Source of the DNA: Bacilli bacterium
GTDB taxonomy: Bacteria; Bacillota_I; Bacilli_A; RF39; UBA660
Length of the DNA stretch: 64,000 nt
Direction of reading: 5' to 3'
NCBI GenBank assembly: GCA_016295795.1
Contig: JAEDKN010000001.1
Coordinates: forward strand, 6,845-70,844
The notes under the pieces were generated by a model, which had not been told where the DNA came from, ran no database searches, and saw only the letters and a list, made by a program, of their open reading frames with translations. A program made the translations under genes and the position numbers. Positions 21,049 to 31,826 of this stretch are shown here, one piece after another; within the stretch, counting starts at the first letter, position 1; each line of letters begins with the position of its first letter.

Positions 21049-21489
21049 CTATTTTTCTAATTTAATTCTAACTTTTGCAAAAATATCCTTATATAAATTG
21101 ATATCGACATAATGGTAACCAAGCGATGAGGCTCCATCTTTTATATTTATTTGTTTCTTATCTATGTTATATCCTAAAGAATCTAGTTTTTCTTTAATTT
21201 GCTTCGTACTAATTCTTCCAAATACTCGTTCATCTTTTCCGACTTGAACTTTAAAACTCAATTCTACTTTTTCTAGCAATTCCTTTTGACTTAATGCAAA
21301 TTTCCTGTTTTTCTCATCATTTCTTTTTACTTCCTGCTGCTCTTGATTATATTTTGATAAAGATTGTTCGTTTAATTGAACCGCATAACCATTTTTTATC
21401 AAAAAATTTTGTGCATATCCAGTTTTTACTTCTTTTTGTTCTCCTTTTTTTCCTTGCCCTTTTAGGTCTTTAATAAATAAAACTTTCAT
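21049..21489 (-). CDS. rplI: 50S ribosomal protein L9
   Basis: MKVLFIKDLKGQGKKGEQKEVKTGYAQNFLIKNGYA. Confidence 0.95.
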   Translation of the reverse strand: MKVLFIKDLKGQGKKGEQKEVKTGYAQNFLIKNGYAVQLNEQSLSKYNQEQQEVKRNDEKNRKFALSQKELLEKVELSFKVQVGKDERVFGRISTKQIKEKLDSLGYNIDKKQINIKDGASSLGYHYVDINLYKDIFAKVRIKLEK

Positions 21490-21501
21490 GGCCTACACCT
21501 C

Positions 21502-22470
21502 CTATAACTTTTTGGCTATTTTTGTTATTTCAGAAACCATTTCATTTAAACTCCTATCTGATATTCTAGCTGCAGCTTCATGATTATCTCCTCCACCACC
21601 AAATTCTTCCATTATTTTACCAACATTAATATTACCCATACTTCTAGCACTTATTCCTATTCCTTTATCTATCTTACCAACAACAAAGGAAGCCTCTATA
21701 TTGTTAAACAATAAAATAGTATCTGCTATCTTAGCTAAATCTTCTCTTCTATACTTTCTCGTTTGTAACCCCTTACTTATAGCTATTTTCTTTATTACTT
21801 TTACTTCAGTAATCACCTTTTGCATCTCAATATATTCTTTAATATCTTGCTTTAACAAATATTGAACTTTTCTTGAATCAGCACCGCATTTTCCTAAATA
21901 GTATGCTGCATAATAAGTATCTGCATCCGTCTTAATAACGAAATTATTAGTGTCAAGAACAATTCCTGCAAGAATTGTAGTCGCAATTTCACTGTTTATT
22001 AAATAATTATCGTTTTTTAGCATCTTTGTTATAATCTCGCAAGTGCTAGAGGATGAATTATCGATAAATAACAAAGCATTTTCATAATTTATTGAATCTT
22101 TTGCAGTATCATGATGATCAATCACAATAACATTATTAAATTTACTCAAACAGTTAGGATTTTGTAATAATTGTTCCTTATTGACATCCACTATAAATAA
22201 GAGGCTTCTGTTATCAATCAAATTATCTATTTCCTTACTCTTAATTATATTTATTTTTTCTTCATAAGCTTCTAGTGCTTTTTTTACTCCTGTTTCTACT
22301 TTTTTGTCGTCTAATATCACATACGCTTCTTTTTTGTGATAAGATGCATAGCAATACATGCCGATAGCGGCCCCAAAAGCATCTAAATCTATATCTTTGT
22401 GTCCCATAATAAATACATTAGAAGATTTCTTCAAATATTTTTTAATTAAAGCAAACTCTTTTTTTTGCAT
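21502..22470 (-). CDS. DHH/DHHA1 phosphoesterase (NrnA-like oligoribonuclease/pAp phosphatase). It sits at the GdpP position but lacks the TM, PAS and GGDEF regions.
   Basis: DHH motif (IDHHDT), a C-terminal GGGGDNHEAAA DHHA1 motif, and a length of 322 aa. Confidence 0.75.
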   Translation of the reverse strand: MQKKEFALIKKYLKKSSNVFIMGHKDIDLDAFGAAIGMYCYASYHKKEAYVILDDKKVETGVKKALEAYEEKINIIKSKEIDNLIDNRSLLFIVDVNKEQLLQNPNCLSKFNNVIVIDHHDTAKDSINYENALLFIDNSSSSTCEIITKMLKNDNYLINSEIATTILAGIVLDTNNFVIKTDADTYYAAYYLGKCGADSRKVQYLLKQDIKEYIEMQKVITEVKVIKKIAISKGLQTRKYRREDLAKIADTILLFNNIEASFVVGKIDKGIGISARSMGNINVGKIMEEFGGGGDNHEAAARISDRSLNEMVSEITKIAKKL

Positions 22471-22559
22471 TATGCCTCCTAAAAACCCACCTTAATTATA
22501 CTATACTTTTTGAATAAAGTCATTCAATAAGAAAAAAATTCTTATAGAAATATAAGAAT

Positions 22560-22838
22560 TTAAGATTTATATCGTAATTTTTTCGTTTTTCTATTTCCTA
22601 CCAGAAAACCTAATAAAATTGATATCAAAAAGTATACATGAACTACTCCATCATTTATCAACACCAATAACCAAAAATATAGCGTTGTATTTATTAAAAG
22701 AAACAAAATCGCAATTATTAATCTTAAATATTTTTTTATTTTAAAAATCACTTTATAAAAAACATTAAAGATCAAGGAAAAGAACATCCCAAAGAGGAAA
22801 GACATAACCAGAGATTGTAGCTGTATTTCTAATTTCAT
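22560..22838 (-). CDS. yabQ: Spore cortex biosynthesis protein YabQ (membrane)
   Basis: A 92-aa protein with three TM helices, immediately downstream of yabP with a 1-nt overlap. Confidence 0.6.
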   Translation of the reverse strand: MKLEIQLQSLVMSFLFGMFFSLIFNVFYKVIFKIKKYLRLIIAILFLLINTTLYFWLLVLINDGVVHVYFLISILLGFLVGNRKTKKLRYKS

Positions 22839-23131
22839 TATTTAAATAACCTATTGAAAATACTGTTTTCTTTATTTTTAGTTTTATGATCTTCAACATA
22901 TGTAAAAGAGATAATCAAACCCTTTATAGAGACATTTCCTTGCATGGTATCTAATTTTACTAATTCCAAATCAGTCCCTTTTATTACTAGGTATCCCATA
23001 GTTGTTTCTAGTAAAAATTCTTCACTGTCAAAATTTTCTATTTTTTTTACACCTGTTACTATTAAATTTTTTCTTTCAACCATATTAATACCATGATTAT
23101 AATTACCAACCAAGTTATCTACCTTGTCCAT
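22838..23131 (-). CDS. yabP: Sporulation protein YabP
   Basis: A 97-aa protein with LIVTGVKKIENFDSEEFLLETTMGYLVIKGTDLEL, the YabP family pattern. Confidence 0.7.
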   Translation of the reverse strand: MDKVDNLVGNYNHGINMVERKNLIVTGVKKIENFDSEEFLLETTMGYLVIKGTDLELVKLDTMQGNVSIKGLIISFTYVEDHKTKNKENSIFNRLFK

Positions 23132-23206
23132 ATTATTCCTCCTGTTTAATAATATGACGGATAAATTAAAATATGAAAAAAAGAGATATGAATCTCTTTT
23201 GTAATA

Positions 23207-23485
23207 CTACTCTTCTTCGCTTGAATCTTCTTCTGCTTTTTCATAAGCTTCAAAGATAGCTTTTTCAAACATTGTTCTAACTTCTGGATTAATAGGATGT
23301 GCTATATCACGATAACCTCCAACTGCAGTTTTTCTACTTGGCATTGCAATAAACAAACCATTATCTCCTTCAATTATTCTAATGTCGTGAACAGCAAAAC
23401 TGTCATCAATCAATACTGATGCGATTCCTTTCATACGTGATCCTTCTTTTTCGATCTTACGTACATTTACTGATGTAATCTTCAT
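23207..23485 (-). CDS. spoVG: Septation protein SpoVG
   Basis: [53 protein letters not shown] trimmed the start to MKIT, since the ORF-track start adds 9 unlikely residues. Confidence 0.9.
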   Translation of the reverse strand: MKITSVNVRKIEKEGSRMKGIASVLIDDSFAVHDIRIIEGDNGLFIAMPSRKTAVGGYRDIAHPINPEVRTMFEKAIFEAYEKAEEDSSEEE

Positions 23486-23559
23486 TCGCATATCCTCCCT
23501 CTCACAAAGCATAACACTCTATAAATATATATTATAATAATTTATTTGAAAAATCAATA

Positions 23560-23781
23560 TTATTTTACAAAAATTTCCAGACTATCTGTTAATACATCAC
23601 TATAAGTAAAACTTTTCAATTGATTGTTTTTATCGTTTGTTCTTATTATAAAAATATAATTATATGTATTTTCTATAGTTCCAGAAAACTCTTCTATTTG
23701 ATTCCTACTACCATTAAATCTAAATTGAAGTTCTTTTCCTTTACTTTGTTCCAATTGCATTTTAATCTTTTTTATGTTCAT
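23560..23781 (-). CDS. veg: Veg protein (DUF1021), a biofilm and sporulation-associated small protein
   Basis: A 73-aa protein matching the Veg family pattern (LQFRFNGSRNQIEEFSGTIENTYNYIFIIR...FTYSDVLT). It sits between yabG and spoVG. Confidence 0.7.
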   Translation of the reverse strand: MNIKKIKMQLEQSKGKELQFRFNGSRNQIEEFSGTIENTYNYIFIIRTNDKNNQLKSFTYSDVLTDSLEIFVK

Positions 23782-24563
23782 CTAGGATACCCCGTATACA
23801 TCATTCCATTAGTAATAATACCACCCATACCTTCCTCTTTATATTTTGTTCTAGAAATAATTTTGATGATATCTATAGGCTTATCTCTTGTCGAAAGTGC
23901 AATTGAAGTTGCAATTATGGCAGGATCTAGAGCATGAATATTTACTCTTTTTGGACTACTAGCAAAATTAGCCCCTGCCTTAATTAAACTTTCATAATCA
24001 GATTGACATGCACCAGCTATTACAATTAGTTTGTCTTGGGATTTTTCATATTCTCTGGCTTTTTTTACTGCTTCAACAAAGAATTTACTATTTCTATAAT
24101 TATTTAAATTATTAAAGTCTTGCCTATTTTTATAAAAAAAATCATGTCCAGTAACAATTACAATATCTGGTTTTAATTCCTTTAAATATCGTTCTATTTC
24201 CATAGAAATGACCTCTTCCTTTAAAACGATACCATATGCTTGTACTTTCATTTTTTTATAAAATTTCATACATCTCTCAAGATATTCATCATCACCATCT
24301 ATATGCAAAACTTTTCCAGGTAAATAAAAAAACTCATTTCTATCTAAATCAAGTATTTCGTTCATTTTTTCTACAAAATCATCATCTTTGTCTGTATCGT
24401 TTTCCACCCTCGCTAGTTTTAAATCATCTATCGTACTGTCAGCATAAAGCCTAACATCCACGCCCTTCAGATAAACTAGCGAATCTTCAATTCCAATAAT
24501 CTTAAATAAAGTATCATTATTATAAGAATTTCTTGTAACTAGATCTCCAATTTTAAAAAGCAT
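23778..24563 (-). CDS. yabG: Sporulation-specific protease YabG (peptidase U57)
   Basis: MLFKIGDLVTRNSYNNDTLFKIIGIED N-terminus, and a position immediately downstream of rsmA (ksgA), as in B. subtilis ksgA-yabG-veg. Confidence 0.8.
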   Translation of the reverse strand: MLFKIGDLVTRNSYNNDTLFKIIGIEDSLVYLKGVDVRLYADSTIDDLKLARVENDTDKDDDFVEKMNEILDLDRNEFFYLPGKVLHIDGDDEYLERCMKFYKKMKVQAYGIVLKEEVISMEIERYLKELKPDIVIVTGHDFFYKNRQDFNNLNNYRNSKFFVEAVKKAREYEKSQDKLIVIAGACQSDYESLIKAGANFASSPKRVNIHALDPAIIATSIALSTRDKPIDIIKIISRTKYKEEGMGGIITNGMMYTGYPR

Positions 24564-24596
24564 AATATCTTCACCTAGAAAATAATATGCTTTTAA

Positions 24597-25382
24597 TCAC
24601 AAAATATTTGCAATTTTTATAAATATTTCTAAAGGGATTTGTTCTGCTCTTACAGACAAATCAAAATTATAATCTTTCAACAGTTTTTCTATTGCTTTTA
24701 AATCATATCCACTTAAGTTATTTTTCAATGTTTTTCGCTTAAATTTAAAACTGTCTTTTATCAAGCAAAACAATTTTTCTTCATTTACAGATTCTTTTTT
24801 CTTCTTTGCTTTCAATGAAATTATAACACTATCTACGTTTGGTTTGGGATAAAAACAACTTCGACTTACATCAAATAATTTTTTAATTTCAAAATAATAA
24901 TTTAGGAATACTGTAACAGAACCATAATTTTTATTCCCAGGCGAACTAGAAAATCTATCCCCCACTTCTTTTTGAACCATAACTATCATTTCTTCTATAT
25001 CAAGTTTTTCTTCTATTATTTTCATTATAATCGGAGTCGTAATATAGTATGGAAGATTTGCTACAATAAATAATTTATTATATGAAAATTTTTTAATATC
25101 TTCGGATATATTCCTATTTAGAAAATCATCCCATATAACGGTTAAATTATTACTATTTACGTTTTTCGATAAAACATTCTCTAAATCCTTATCTATCTCG
25201 TATGCCAATACTTTGCTTTTTTTCGTTAACTCTTTTGTGAGCACCCCAGAACCAGGTCCTATTTCTATAACTAAGTCCTCTTTTTCTAAAGAAACTGAGG
25301 AAATTATTTTTTTAATTATATTGTCATCAATCAAAAAATTTTGACCGTATTTTTTTTTAAAATTGTGATCCAAATTATTCAT
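24597..25382 (-). CDS. rsmA: 16S rRNA (adenine1518/1519-N6)-dimethyltransferase RsmA/KsgA
   Basis: KKKYGQNFLIDDNIIKKII...EIGPGSGVLT. Confidence 0.93.
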   Translation of the reverse strand: MNNLDHNFKKKYGQNFLIDDNIIKKIISSVSLEKEDLVIEIGPGSGVLTKELTKKSKVLAYEIDKDLENVLSKNVNSNNLTVIWDDFLNRNISEDIKKFSYNKLFIVANLPYYITTPIIMKIIEEKLDIEEMIVMVQKEVGDRFSSSPGNKNYGSVTVFLNYYFEIKKLFDVSRSCFYPKPNVDSVIISLKAKKKKESVNEEKLFCLIKDSFKFKRKTLKNNLSGYDLKAIEKLLKDYNFDLSVRAEQIPLEIFIKIANIL

Positions 25383-25426
25383 ATTATACTCCCTATATAA
25401 TTAAAAACACCTGTTTAACAGATGTA

Positions 25427-26014
25427 TTACCAACCCCATCTAACAAGTTCGTAAGTCACTTTTTGTTTTCCTACTTTTTTAGAGGCTTCTGATTCAGACT
25501 TAACTAAAAAATCAAATTTAGTTCCTTTTATAGCTCCACCTCTGTCCAAAACAATAGCAACAACTTCTTTCCCTAAGGTGGAATTTGTTATTTTTACAAT
25601 GCTTCCACAAGGTATAGATTTGTCTGCAGCAACTATATTAATTTTTCCGTATTCTTGATCATTAAAATAAATATTTCCGTTTTTTACATTTTGTGATGGC
25701 GGACATCCAACTCGGCCACCACAGCCCTCACAATCAGCTCCATATCCAGTCATTGTCCCTTCAAACTTAACTGGCATAGTTTTACCATATTTTACTATTT
25801 CACTAATTGTTTTAACATATTTTGTCTTTACTAAATCAGGTTTATATTTAGAAACTAAATGAACCGCTTGAATAGAGCGCGAATTTGAAATGTCCTCGGT
25901 AGTTATTGTTTCTATTTTGTTTCCAGAAGCAATAATTAAAAAAATAGCAACTAAAATAACTATAAAAATAGTTTGATTTCTTATCATGTAAAGTGCTCGC
26001 TTCAAACTAATCAC
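25427..26014 (-). CDS. 3D-domain (RlpA/MltA-like) cell-wall protein, YabE/YuiC-like
   Basis: An N-terminal TM helix and a C-terminal 3D domain (TMTGYGADCEGCGGRVGCPP...IPCGSIVKI). Its position between tatD and rsmA is the yabE slot. Confidence 0.6.
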   Translation of the reverse strand: MISLKRALYMIRNQTIFIVILVAIFLIIASGNKIETITTEDISNSRSIQAVHLVSKYKPDLVKTKYVKTISEIVKYGKTMPVKFEGTMTGYGADCEGCGGRVGCPPSQNVKNGNIYFNDQEYGKINIVAADKSIPCGSIVKITNSTLGKEVVAIVLDRGGAIKGTKFDFLVKSESEASKKVGKQKVTYELVRWGW

Positions 26015-26046
26015 CTCTTAGCATCTATAGGTAAAATATATCACAA

Positions 26047-26823
26047 TTATATATTTAAGTCAAATAAAGTAATAACATTTTGAGTTGTAGTATTAGCGAT
26101 ATTACTTATTGATTCTTCTTTTATTTTCGAAATTTTTTCCGCAATGATAGGAATATTTTTAGATTCATTTTTAGTTCCTCTAAATGGTTCTGGCGTTAAA
26201 TATGGACTGTCTGTTTCTAAAACTATTTTTTCCAACGGTATTTTTGAAACAACTGTTGGTAATTTAGAATTTTTAAAAGTTATAACTCCACCAACCCCAA
26301 GAAGATATCCTTGTTTTATATATTCTTTTGCAGTTTCTATACTTCCACTAAAACAATGTATTATTCCCTTTAAATTATATTTTTTTAGAATATCTAATGT
26401 ATCCTTAGTAGCATCTCTAGTATGAATAACCACTGGCTTATTTGTTCTTTTGGCTATATTTAATTGTTTTATAAAAAGTTCTTTTTGTTTTTCTATTACA
26501 TCTTTGTTGTCTGCATAATGATAATCCAAGCCAATTTCTCCTATTGCTACTATTCTTTTGTTATTTTTAATTAACGATTCAAGCCATTTTAAATCGTCCA
26601 ATGAATAATCAAATATCTCTGAAGGATGAAACCCTATTGAAAGAAAAATATTATTATATTTTTCTAATAAAGATAATCCTTCAATTATACTTTTCTTACT
26701 ACAACAACTAACTATCAAATAACAAACATCATTATTTATTGCATTATTAACAACAGAATCAATATCATCATAATCCTCACTACTTAAATGAGTATGCGTA
26801 TCTATATACATAATTTCCTCCAT
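26047..26823 (-). CDS. tatD: TatD family metal-dependent DNase/hydrolase (YabD)
   Basis: MYIDTHTHL start motif, with GEIGLDYH and VIHTRDA blocks. The true start is probably the internal ATG at 26811. Confidence 0.9.
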   Translation of the reverse strand: MEEIMYIDTHTHLSSEDYDDIDSVVNNAINNDVCYLIVSCCSKKSIIEGLSLLEKYNNIFLSIGFHPSEIFDYSLDDLKWLESLIKNNKRIVAIGEIGLDYHYADNKDVIEKQKELFIKQLNIAKRTNKPVVIHTRDATKDTLDILKKYNLKGIIHCFSGSIETAKEYIKQGYLLGVGGVITFKNSKLPTVVSKIPLEKIVLETDSPYLTPEPFRGTKNESKNIPIIAEKISKIKEESISNIANTTTQNVITLFDLNI

Positions 26824-26925
26824 TCTTTTATACTAATAGATTATCAAAATAGTTCAGTTTAAAACAATAGATATTATTAAATTTTTTAGAAATTCTTTTA
26901 CTATGAAAAAAAGAGCTTTTAAACT

Positions 26926-28893
26926 CTATTTTTTCAATTCATCAATTAATTGTTCTTTACTCATTTTTGAATAACCTTTTATACCTTTATCTTTAGCTTT
27001 TTCTTTTAATTCTGCTAAAGTAAGGCTCTTTAATAAATCATTATTTTCTTCTTCATCAGGCATTCTTCCATTTTTTACTAAATATTCTATTTGCTCTTTT
27101 GTCAAAGTCTCATACTTCAATAACGCATTTGCGATTAAATCTAACAAATCTTTATTATCGCTTATTATCTTTTCTGTTTTTTTATAGCATTCTCCTATTA
27201 TTTTTCGCATTTCTATATCAATTTCATGCGCAACTTCATTAGAGAAATTCCTGCTTTTATTATAGTCTCTACCTAAAAATACTCCACCTTCTTGCTGTTC
27301 CAATTGAACAGGACCTAAATCACTCATTCCGTATTCTGTTACCATTGCTCTTGCAATTTTAGTAGCCTTTTCAAAATCATTATGTGCCCCCGTTGTCATT
27401 TCTTTAAATACTATTTCTTCTGCTACACGGCCACCTAATAATCCACTAATCGTTTCAAGTAATTCCTTTTTAGTTGATAAGAAGGTTTCTTCTTTTGGAA
27501 GCATAAGATTATATCCCCCAGCTGCTCCTCTTGGAATTATTGTTATTTTTTGTACCTCGTTAGCACCATCTAATTTGATTCCTACAACTGCATGCCCAGC
27601 TTCATGATAAGCAACTACTCTCTTTTCGTGATCAGTATACTTTTTAGATTTTTTCGCTGGTCCCATTAAAACTCTATCATGTGCTTCGTCTATCTCAGTC
27701 ATTGTTATATATTCCTTGTTTCGTCTGACAGCTAATAATGCAGCTTCATTAAGTAAGTTTTCCAAATCAGCACCACTAAATCCAACAGTACGCTTTGCAA
27801 TATTGGCTAGATTAACACTTGGAGCAAACACTTTATTCTTTGCATGAACCTCAAGTATTTCTTCACGACCCTTTACATCTGGCAAATTAACAGTTACTTG
27901 TCTATCAAATCTTCCTGGTCTCAAAAGTGCTGGATCCAAAACATCTGCCCTATTTGTAGCGGCAATTATAATTATTCCTTCGTTAGCACCAAATCCGTCC
28001 ATTTCTGTTAATAATTGGTTAAGTGTTTGTTCTCGCTCATCATGTCCTCCACCCAAACCAGTACCACGTTGACGTCCTACAGCATCAATTTCATCAATGA
28101 ATATTAAACATGGTGCGTTATGTTTTGCCTGCTTAAACATATCACGTACACGGCTTGCTCCAACACCAACAAATAATTCTACGAAATCCGAACCACTTAT
28201 GTAGTAAAATGGAACATTTGCTTCTCCCGCAACCGCTTTTGCTAATAATGTTTTTCCTGTTCCTGGTGGACCAACTAGCAATACACCTTTAGGGATCCTT
28301 GCCCCTAATTTTTGAAATTTCTTTGGATTTTTTAAGAAATCAATTAACTCTTGAACTTCCTCTTTTTCCTCTTTTAATCCCGCAACATCTTTGAATGTTG
28401 TTTTGTTGTTTTCACTGCTTAATTTTGCTCTGCTTTTTCCAAAATCCATAGATTTTCCAGCACCATTCATCTGCTTAGAAAAAATAAAGAATAAACCACC
28501 TAATAGCAACACAAAAGGTAAAACATTTATTACAATAAGCAAAAATGAACTTGATTCCGGATCATTATTAGTAGTAAGCTCAAATCCCAATGTTGTTGAA
28601 TCTGTATTCAAAATTTGTTTAATAACACTATCTGTTAATGGTACTTTTAAATAAAAAGTTTCATTTTCATCGTATGTTGATAATTTTCCACTTATTTCAT
28701 ATACACTAGCCCTACTCTTTGGCGTTATATTTACTTCTGTTACAGTGTTTTTATTTAACTCCTCCAAAAATTGGTCATAAGTTATATTATTTATAGTTTT
28801 ATCAGAAATTATTACCATATAATATATTCCTATTAGCAATAATATTAAAAACAAATATGGTAATAACCCTCTTTTCACATTTTTTTTGTCCAT
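26926..28893 (-). CDS. ftsH: ATP-dependent zinc metalloprotease FtsH with an extra C-terminal HeH/Rho_N-like tail
   Basis: Two N-terminal TM helices, a Walker A motif GPPGTGKT, an SRH region, and an HEAGHA zinc site. The C-terminus ends [32 protein letters not shown]. Confidence 0.95.
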   Translation of the reverse strand: MDKKNVKRGLLPYLFLILLLIGIYYMVIISDKTINNITYDQFLEELNKNTVTEVNITPKSRASVYEISGKLSTYDENETFYLKVPLTDSVIKQILNTDSTTLGFELTTNNDPESSSFLLIVINVLPFVLLLGGLFFIFSKQMNGAGKSMDFGKSRAKLSSENNKTTFKDVAGLKEEKEEVQELIDFLKNPKKFQKLGARIPKGVLLVGPPGTGKTLLAKAVAGEANVPFYYISGSDFVELFVGVGASRVRDMFKQAKHNAPCLIFIDEIDAVGRQRGTGLGGGHDEREQTLNQLLTEMDGFGANEGIIIIAATNRADVLDPALLRPGRFDRQVTVNLPDVKGREEILEVHAKNKVFAPSVNLANIAKRTVGFSGADLENLLNEAALLAVRRNKEYITMTEIDEAHDRVLMGPAKKSKKYTDHEKRVVAYHEAGHAVVGIKLDGANEVQKITIIPRGAAGGYNLMLPKEETFLSTKKELLETISGLLGGRVAEEIVFKEMTTGAHNDFEKATKIARAMVTEYGMSDLGPVQLEQQEGGVFLGRDYNKSRNFSNEVAHEIDIEMRKIIGECYKKTEKIISDNKDLLDLIANALLKYETLTKEQIEYLVKNGRMPDEEENNDLLKSLTLAELKEKAKDKGIKGYSKMSKEQLIDELKK

Positions 28894-28907
28894 CTTTTTT
28901 CCTCCTT

Positions 28908-30233
28908 TTATTGATATTTTAATATTATATCATAGTTTTCGTTTTTTGATTTAGTAAATTTAGACTTTTTAATACCAGGAATCCAAATTATGTTATCTTT
29001 TGAGTCTACAACGATTGGCCATTTATCTCTTAACTCAATTGGCACTTTATTTTCTATGAAAATATCTTTAACTTTTTTTAGACCGTTAATTTTTTTTAAA
29101 CTCATTTTATCGCCAATTTTCCTTGTTCTTATATGCAAAGGAAAGTTTACTTCATCCATTTTTATTCTACATATATTGTTGTCATTGTTTTCCGATTCTG
29201 ATATCTTTTCTATGATATGACCATTTGGTAATTTTGCATATTCATCAAATTCAATTTCATATTCATAAATATCATCTGTTTTCTTTTTTATAGTCAATTC
29301 ATTGTATGTTTTTATAGCAATAATATCATTAGGTAAAGATACAAACGAATTTGCTTTTCTACAATTTATTAAAGAGTTAATTAATGAAACATGATTATCA
29401 TTAATGAGCATAAGATCATCTTGATAAAATTCTTCTAATATTTTACATATTATCTTGTTTTGTATTATCTTATCAGCTTCCTTGTACTTTCTTATGTCCA
29501 AGATAGAATTTTTATATATTTCATCCAAAACTTTTGAGGCTTCTTTATTAACAAATTCGTCATATTCAAAAATCATATTGCTGAATTTTATGAAATGTTC
29601 ATGAACATTTTTATCTTCTGACTTTAGAAATGGCAAAACAACTTTCCTATATCTATTTCTAGTATATTTTCCCTTGAAATTAGATTTATCTATAGCATAT
29701 TTAATACCATTTTTATCATCATATTCTTTCAATTGATCTTTTGTAACAAAAATAAGTGGTCTGACTAACTTATATCCCTCTTTTTGAATTAGTGCTTGAA
29801 ATCCTCCATATCCTTTTAGTGATGAGCCCCTGACTATTCTCATCAAAATTGTTTCCATCAAGTCGTCTGCATGATGTGCAGTCATAAGATAATTAGCATT
29901 ATATTTTTTAACAATCTTGTCAAAAAAATTATATCTTATGGTTCTTGCTTCATTATGGAAATTATCATCCCCATATTTTTCAATTAGCATTCGTTCAAAA
30001 ATTATATCATTTTTCTCACAATATTCCTTTAGAAAAACCTCTTCGTCTTTACTTTCCTCTCTCACATTATGATTTACATGTGCACATACTATTTTTATCG
30101 ATTTCTTTTTTCTTATTTTTAACAAAATATCTGTCAAAGCCATAGAGTCCGGTCCAGCAGAATTCCCAATTACAACAACATCATCATCTTTTAAATTTAT
30201 TTCTTTCATTAAATAATTTAAAACCTTATCCAT
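28908..30233 (-). CDS. tilS: tRNA(Ile)-lysidine synthetase
   Basis: A PP-loop variant (VVIGNSAGPDSMAL) and the TilS C-terminal domain. It is located next to ftsH, as yacA-ftsH is in B. subtilis. Confidence 0.88.
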   Translation of the reverse strand: MDKVLNYLMKEINLKDDDVVVIGNSAGPDSMALTDILLKIRKKKSIKIVCAHVNHNVREESKDEEVFLKEYCEKNDIIFERMLIEKYGDDNFHNEARTIRYNFFDKIVKKYNANYLMTAHHADDLMETILMRIVRGSSLKGYGGFQALIQKEGYKLVRPLIFVTKDQLKEYDDKNGIKYAIDKSNFKGKYTRNRYRKVVLPFLKSEDKNVHEHFIKFSNMIFEYDEFVNKEASKVLDEIYKNSILDIRKYKEADKIIQNKIICKILEEFYQDDLMLINDNHVSLINSLINCRKANSFVSLPNDIIAIKTYNELTIKKKTDDIYEYEIEFDEYAKLPNGHIIEKISESENNDNNICRIKMDEVNFPLHIRTRKIGDKMSLKKINGLKKVKDIFIENKVPIELRDKWPIVVDSKDNIIWIPGIKKSKFTKSKNENYDIILKYQ

Positions 30234-30296
30234 ATTACCACCACGTTTCTATATTCTATAGTAAATATTCATTTATATCAAGACATAATAAAAGAA

Positions 30297-30608
30297 TTAT
30301 TCATCAGGAATTCTAATAATATATTCTCCATCCTTTGAATAAAAATATTTTTCTCTCAAATATCTAGCAATATATTCGGGATCTTGCATTTTTTCAACAT
30401 TAACTGTCAAATCCTTTTCTTCGCTTTTTAATTCTACCAACTTTTCATCTAACTCTTTTTTTTCTTTATACTTAGAATAAATTTCTGTCCATAATTTTGA
30501 GATTGATAAGATAACAGTACAAGACAAAGATAGACATGCTATTCCAAATACCAAAAAGCGCAATGTGCTTTTTTTTGCTTTTTGTTTTTTTATTTTTTTC
30601 TTTGCCAT
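30297..30608 (-). CDS. divIC: Septum formation initiator (DivIC/FtsB family)
   Basis: A basic N-terminus, a single TM helix, and a coiled coil (KEKKELDEKLVELKSEEKDL). Confidence 0.65.
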   Translation of the reverse strand: MAKKKIKKQKAKKSTLRFLVFGIACLSLSCTVILSISKLWTEIYSKYKEKKELDEKLVELKSEEKDLTVNVEKMQDPEYIARYLREKYFYSKDGEYIIRIPDE

Positions 30609-30716
30609 AATGTCACCTACCTTACCAATTATATTATATCATTCTATTACTTTCTATAACAGTCTTTTGTCGATTATTTAACAAAAGTTTACATAAAAAA
30701 AGAACACATTTGTGTT

Positions 30717-30932
30717 CTAGTTAGTATATGGTAATAAAGCAATTGCTCTTGCTCTTTTAATTTGTTCAACAACTTGTCTTTGATGTTTTGAACAAGTTCC
30801 AGTTACACGTCTAGGTAAAATTTTACCTCTTTCATTTATGTATTTTCTTAATATATCAACATCTTTATAATCAACTGTTTTACCAGCACACATATAACAA
30901 ACTTTTTTCTTTTTTCTATAAAATTCTGCCAT
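30717..30932 (-). CDS. rpsR: 30S ribosomal protein S18
   Basis: [45 protein letters not shown]. Confidence 0.95.
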   Translation of the reverse strand: MAEFYRKKKKVCYMCAGKTVDYKDVDILRKYINERGKILPRRVTGTCSKHQRQVVEQIKRARAIALLPYTN

Positions 30933-30946
30933 TTCAATCCTCCTTT

Positions 30947-31411
30947 TTAGAATGGTAATTCATCATCATTAATTTCAATGCTTGAACCAAAATCTGCGAA
31001 AGGATCATTTTTTATATCGGTTGTTTGAGTTGGTTGTTCTGAGAAGGAACTAGGTGTTATTTCATTTTCACTATTATTAAAAGTTTCACGACTTCCCTTG
31101 CTATCTAAGAATTGTACGTTGTCTGCGATAACTTCCGTAACATATCTCTTCTTTCCATCTTCGCCATCATATGATCTAGTTTGAATTCTTCCATCAATGG
31201 CAACCTGACTTCCTTGACTTAAATAATTTTTAACATTTTCTGCTTGTTTTCTCCAAACAACTATATTGATAAAATCTGCTTCTCTTTCACCAGCTTGGTT
31301 AGCAAATGTTCTGTTTACTGCAACAGTAAATGTTGCAACAGGCAAATTGCTACTAGTATATCTTAATTCAGGATCTCTTGTTAATCGTCCTATTAAAAAT
31401 ACTTTGTTCAT
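30947..31411 (-). CDS. ssb: Single-stranded DNA-binding protein
   Basis: [21 protein letters not shown]-fold N-terminus and an acidic DDELPF tail. Confidence 0.95.
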   Translation of the reverse strand: MNKVFLIGRLTRDPELRYTSSNLPVATFTVAVNRTFANQAGEREADFINIVVWRKQAENVKNYLSQGSQVAIDGRIQTRSYDGEDGKKRYVTEVIADNVQFLDSKGSRETFNNSENEITPSSFSEQPTQTTDIKNDPFADFGSSIEINDDELPF

Positions 31412-31422
31412 TAAAATACCTC

Positions 31423-31716
31423 TTATCTTTCTTCTACTTTAATAATTAAATGACGAAGAATATTTTCATTTATCAAAGCAACACGATCGAATTCTTTAGT
31501 TGCTTCATTATCTTTCGCCTCAATTACAAATAAAAAATAATAACCTGTCTTATATTTTTGAATTTCATAAGCTAGTTCCCTTTGCCCCATAGCCTTTTCT
31601 TCTATAATCTTTGCATCTTTTTCGTTTAAAAGGTCTTTCATAGAATTTGCTACTGCAGTAATATTAGCTTCCTCTAAATCAGGCTTAACAATGAACATAA
31701 TTTCATATTTTTTCAT
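31423..31716 (-). CDS. rpsF: 30S ribosomal protein S6
   Basis: [19 protein letters not shown]. Confidence 0.95.
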   Translation of the reverse strand: MKKYEIMFIVKPDLEEANITAVANSMKDLLNEKDAKIIEEKAMGQRELAYEIQKYKTGYYFLFVIEAKDNEATKEFDRVALINENILRHLIIKVEER

Positions 31717-31800
31717 TTTTTACACCTCCTTTTGGACTAATCGGCTTCACCTTCTTCGTGAAGCAAGGAGTATCTAAATACTCGTTAGTACTATATCAAA
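31717..31800 (-). promoter_or_regulatory. rpsF 5' leader with a stable hairpin (GCUUCACGAAGAAGGUGAAGC), a candidate S6:S18 autoregulatory leader
   Basis: The inverted repeat GCTTCAC...GTGAAGC lies at about 31747-31768, directly upstream of the rpsF RBS. The rpsF-ssb-rpsR operon leader is known to bind the S6:S18 complex in Firmicutes. Confidence 0.3.
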
Positions 31801-31826
31801 AAAAAAATACTTTGTAAAGTAATTTT

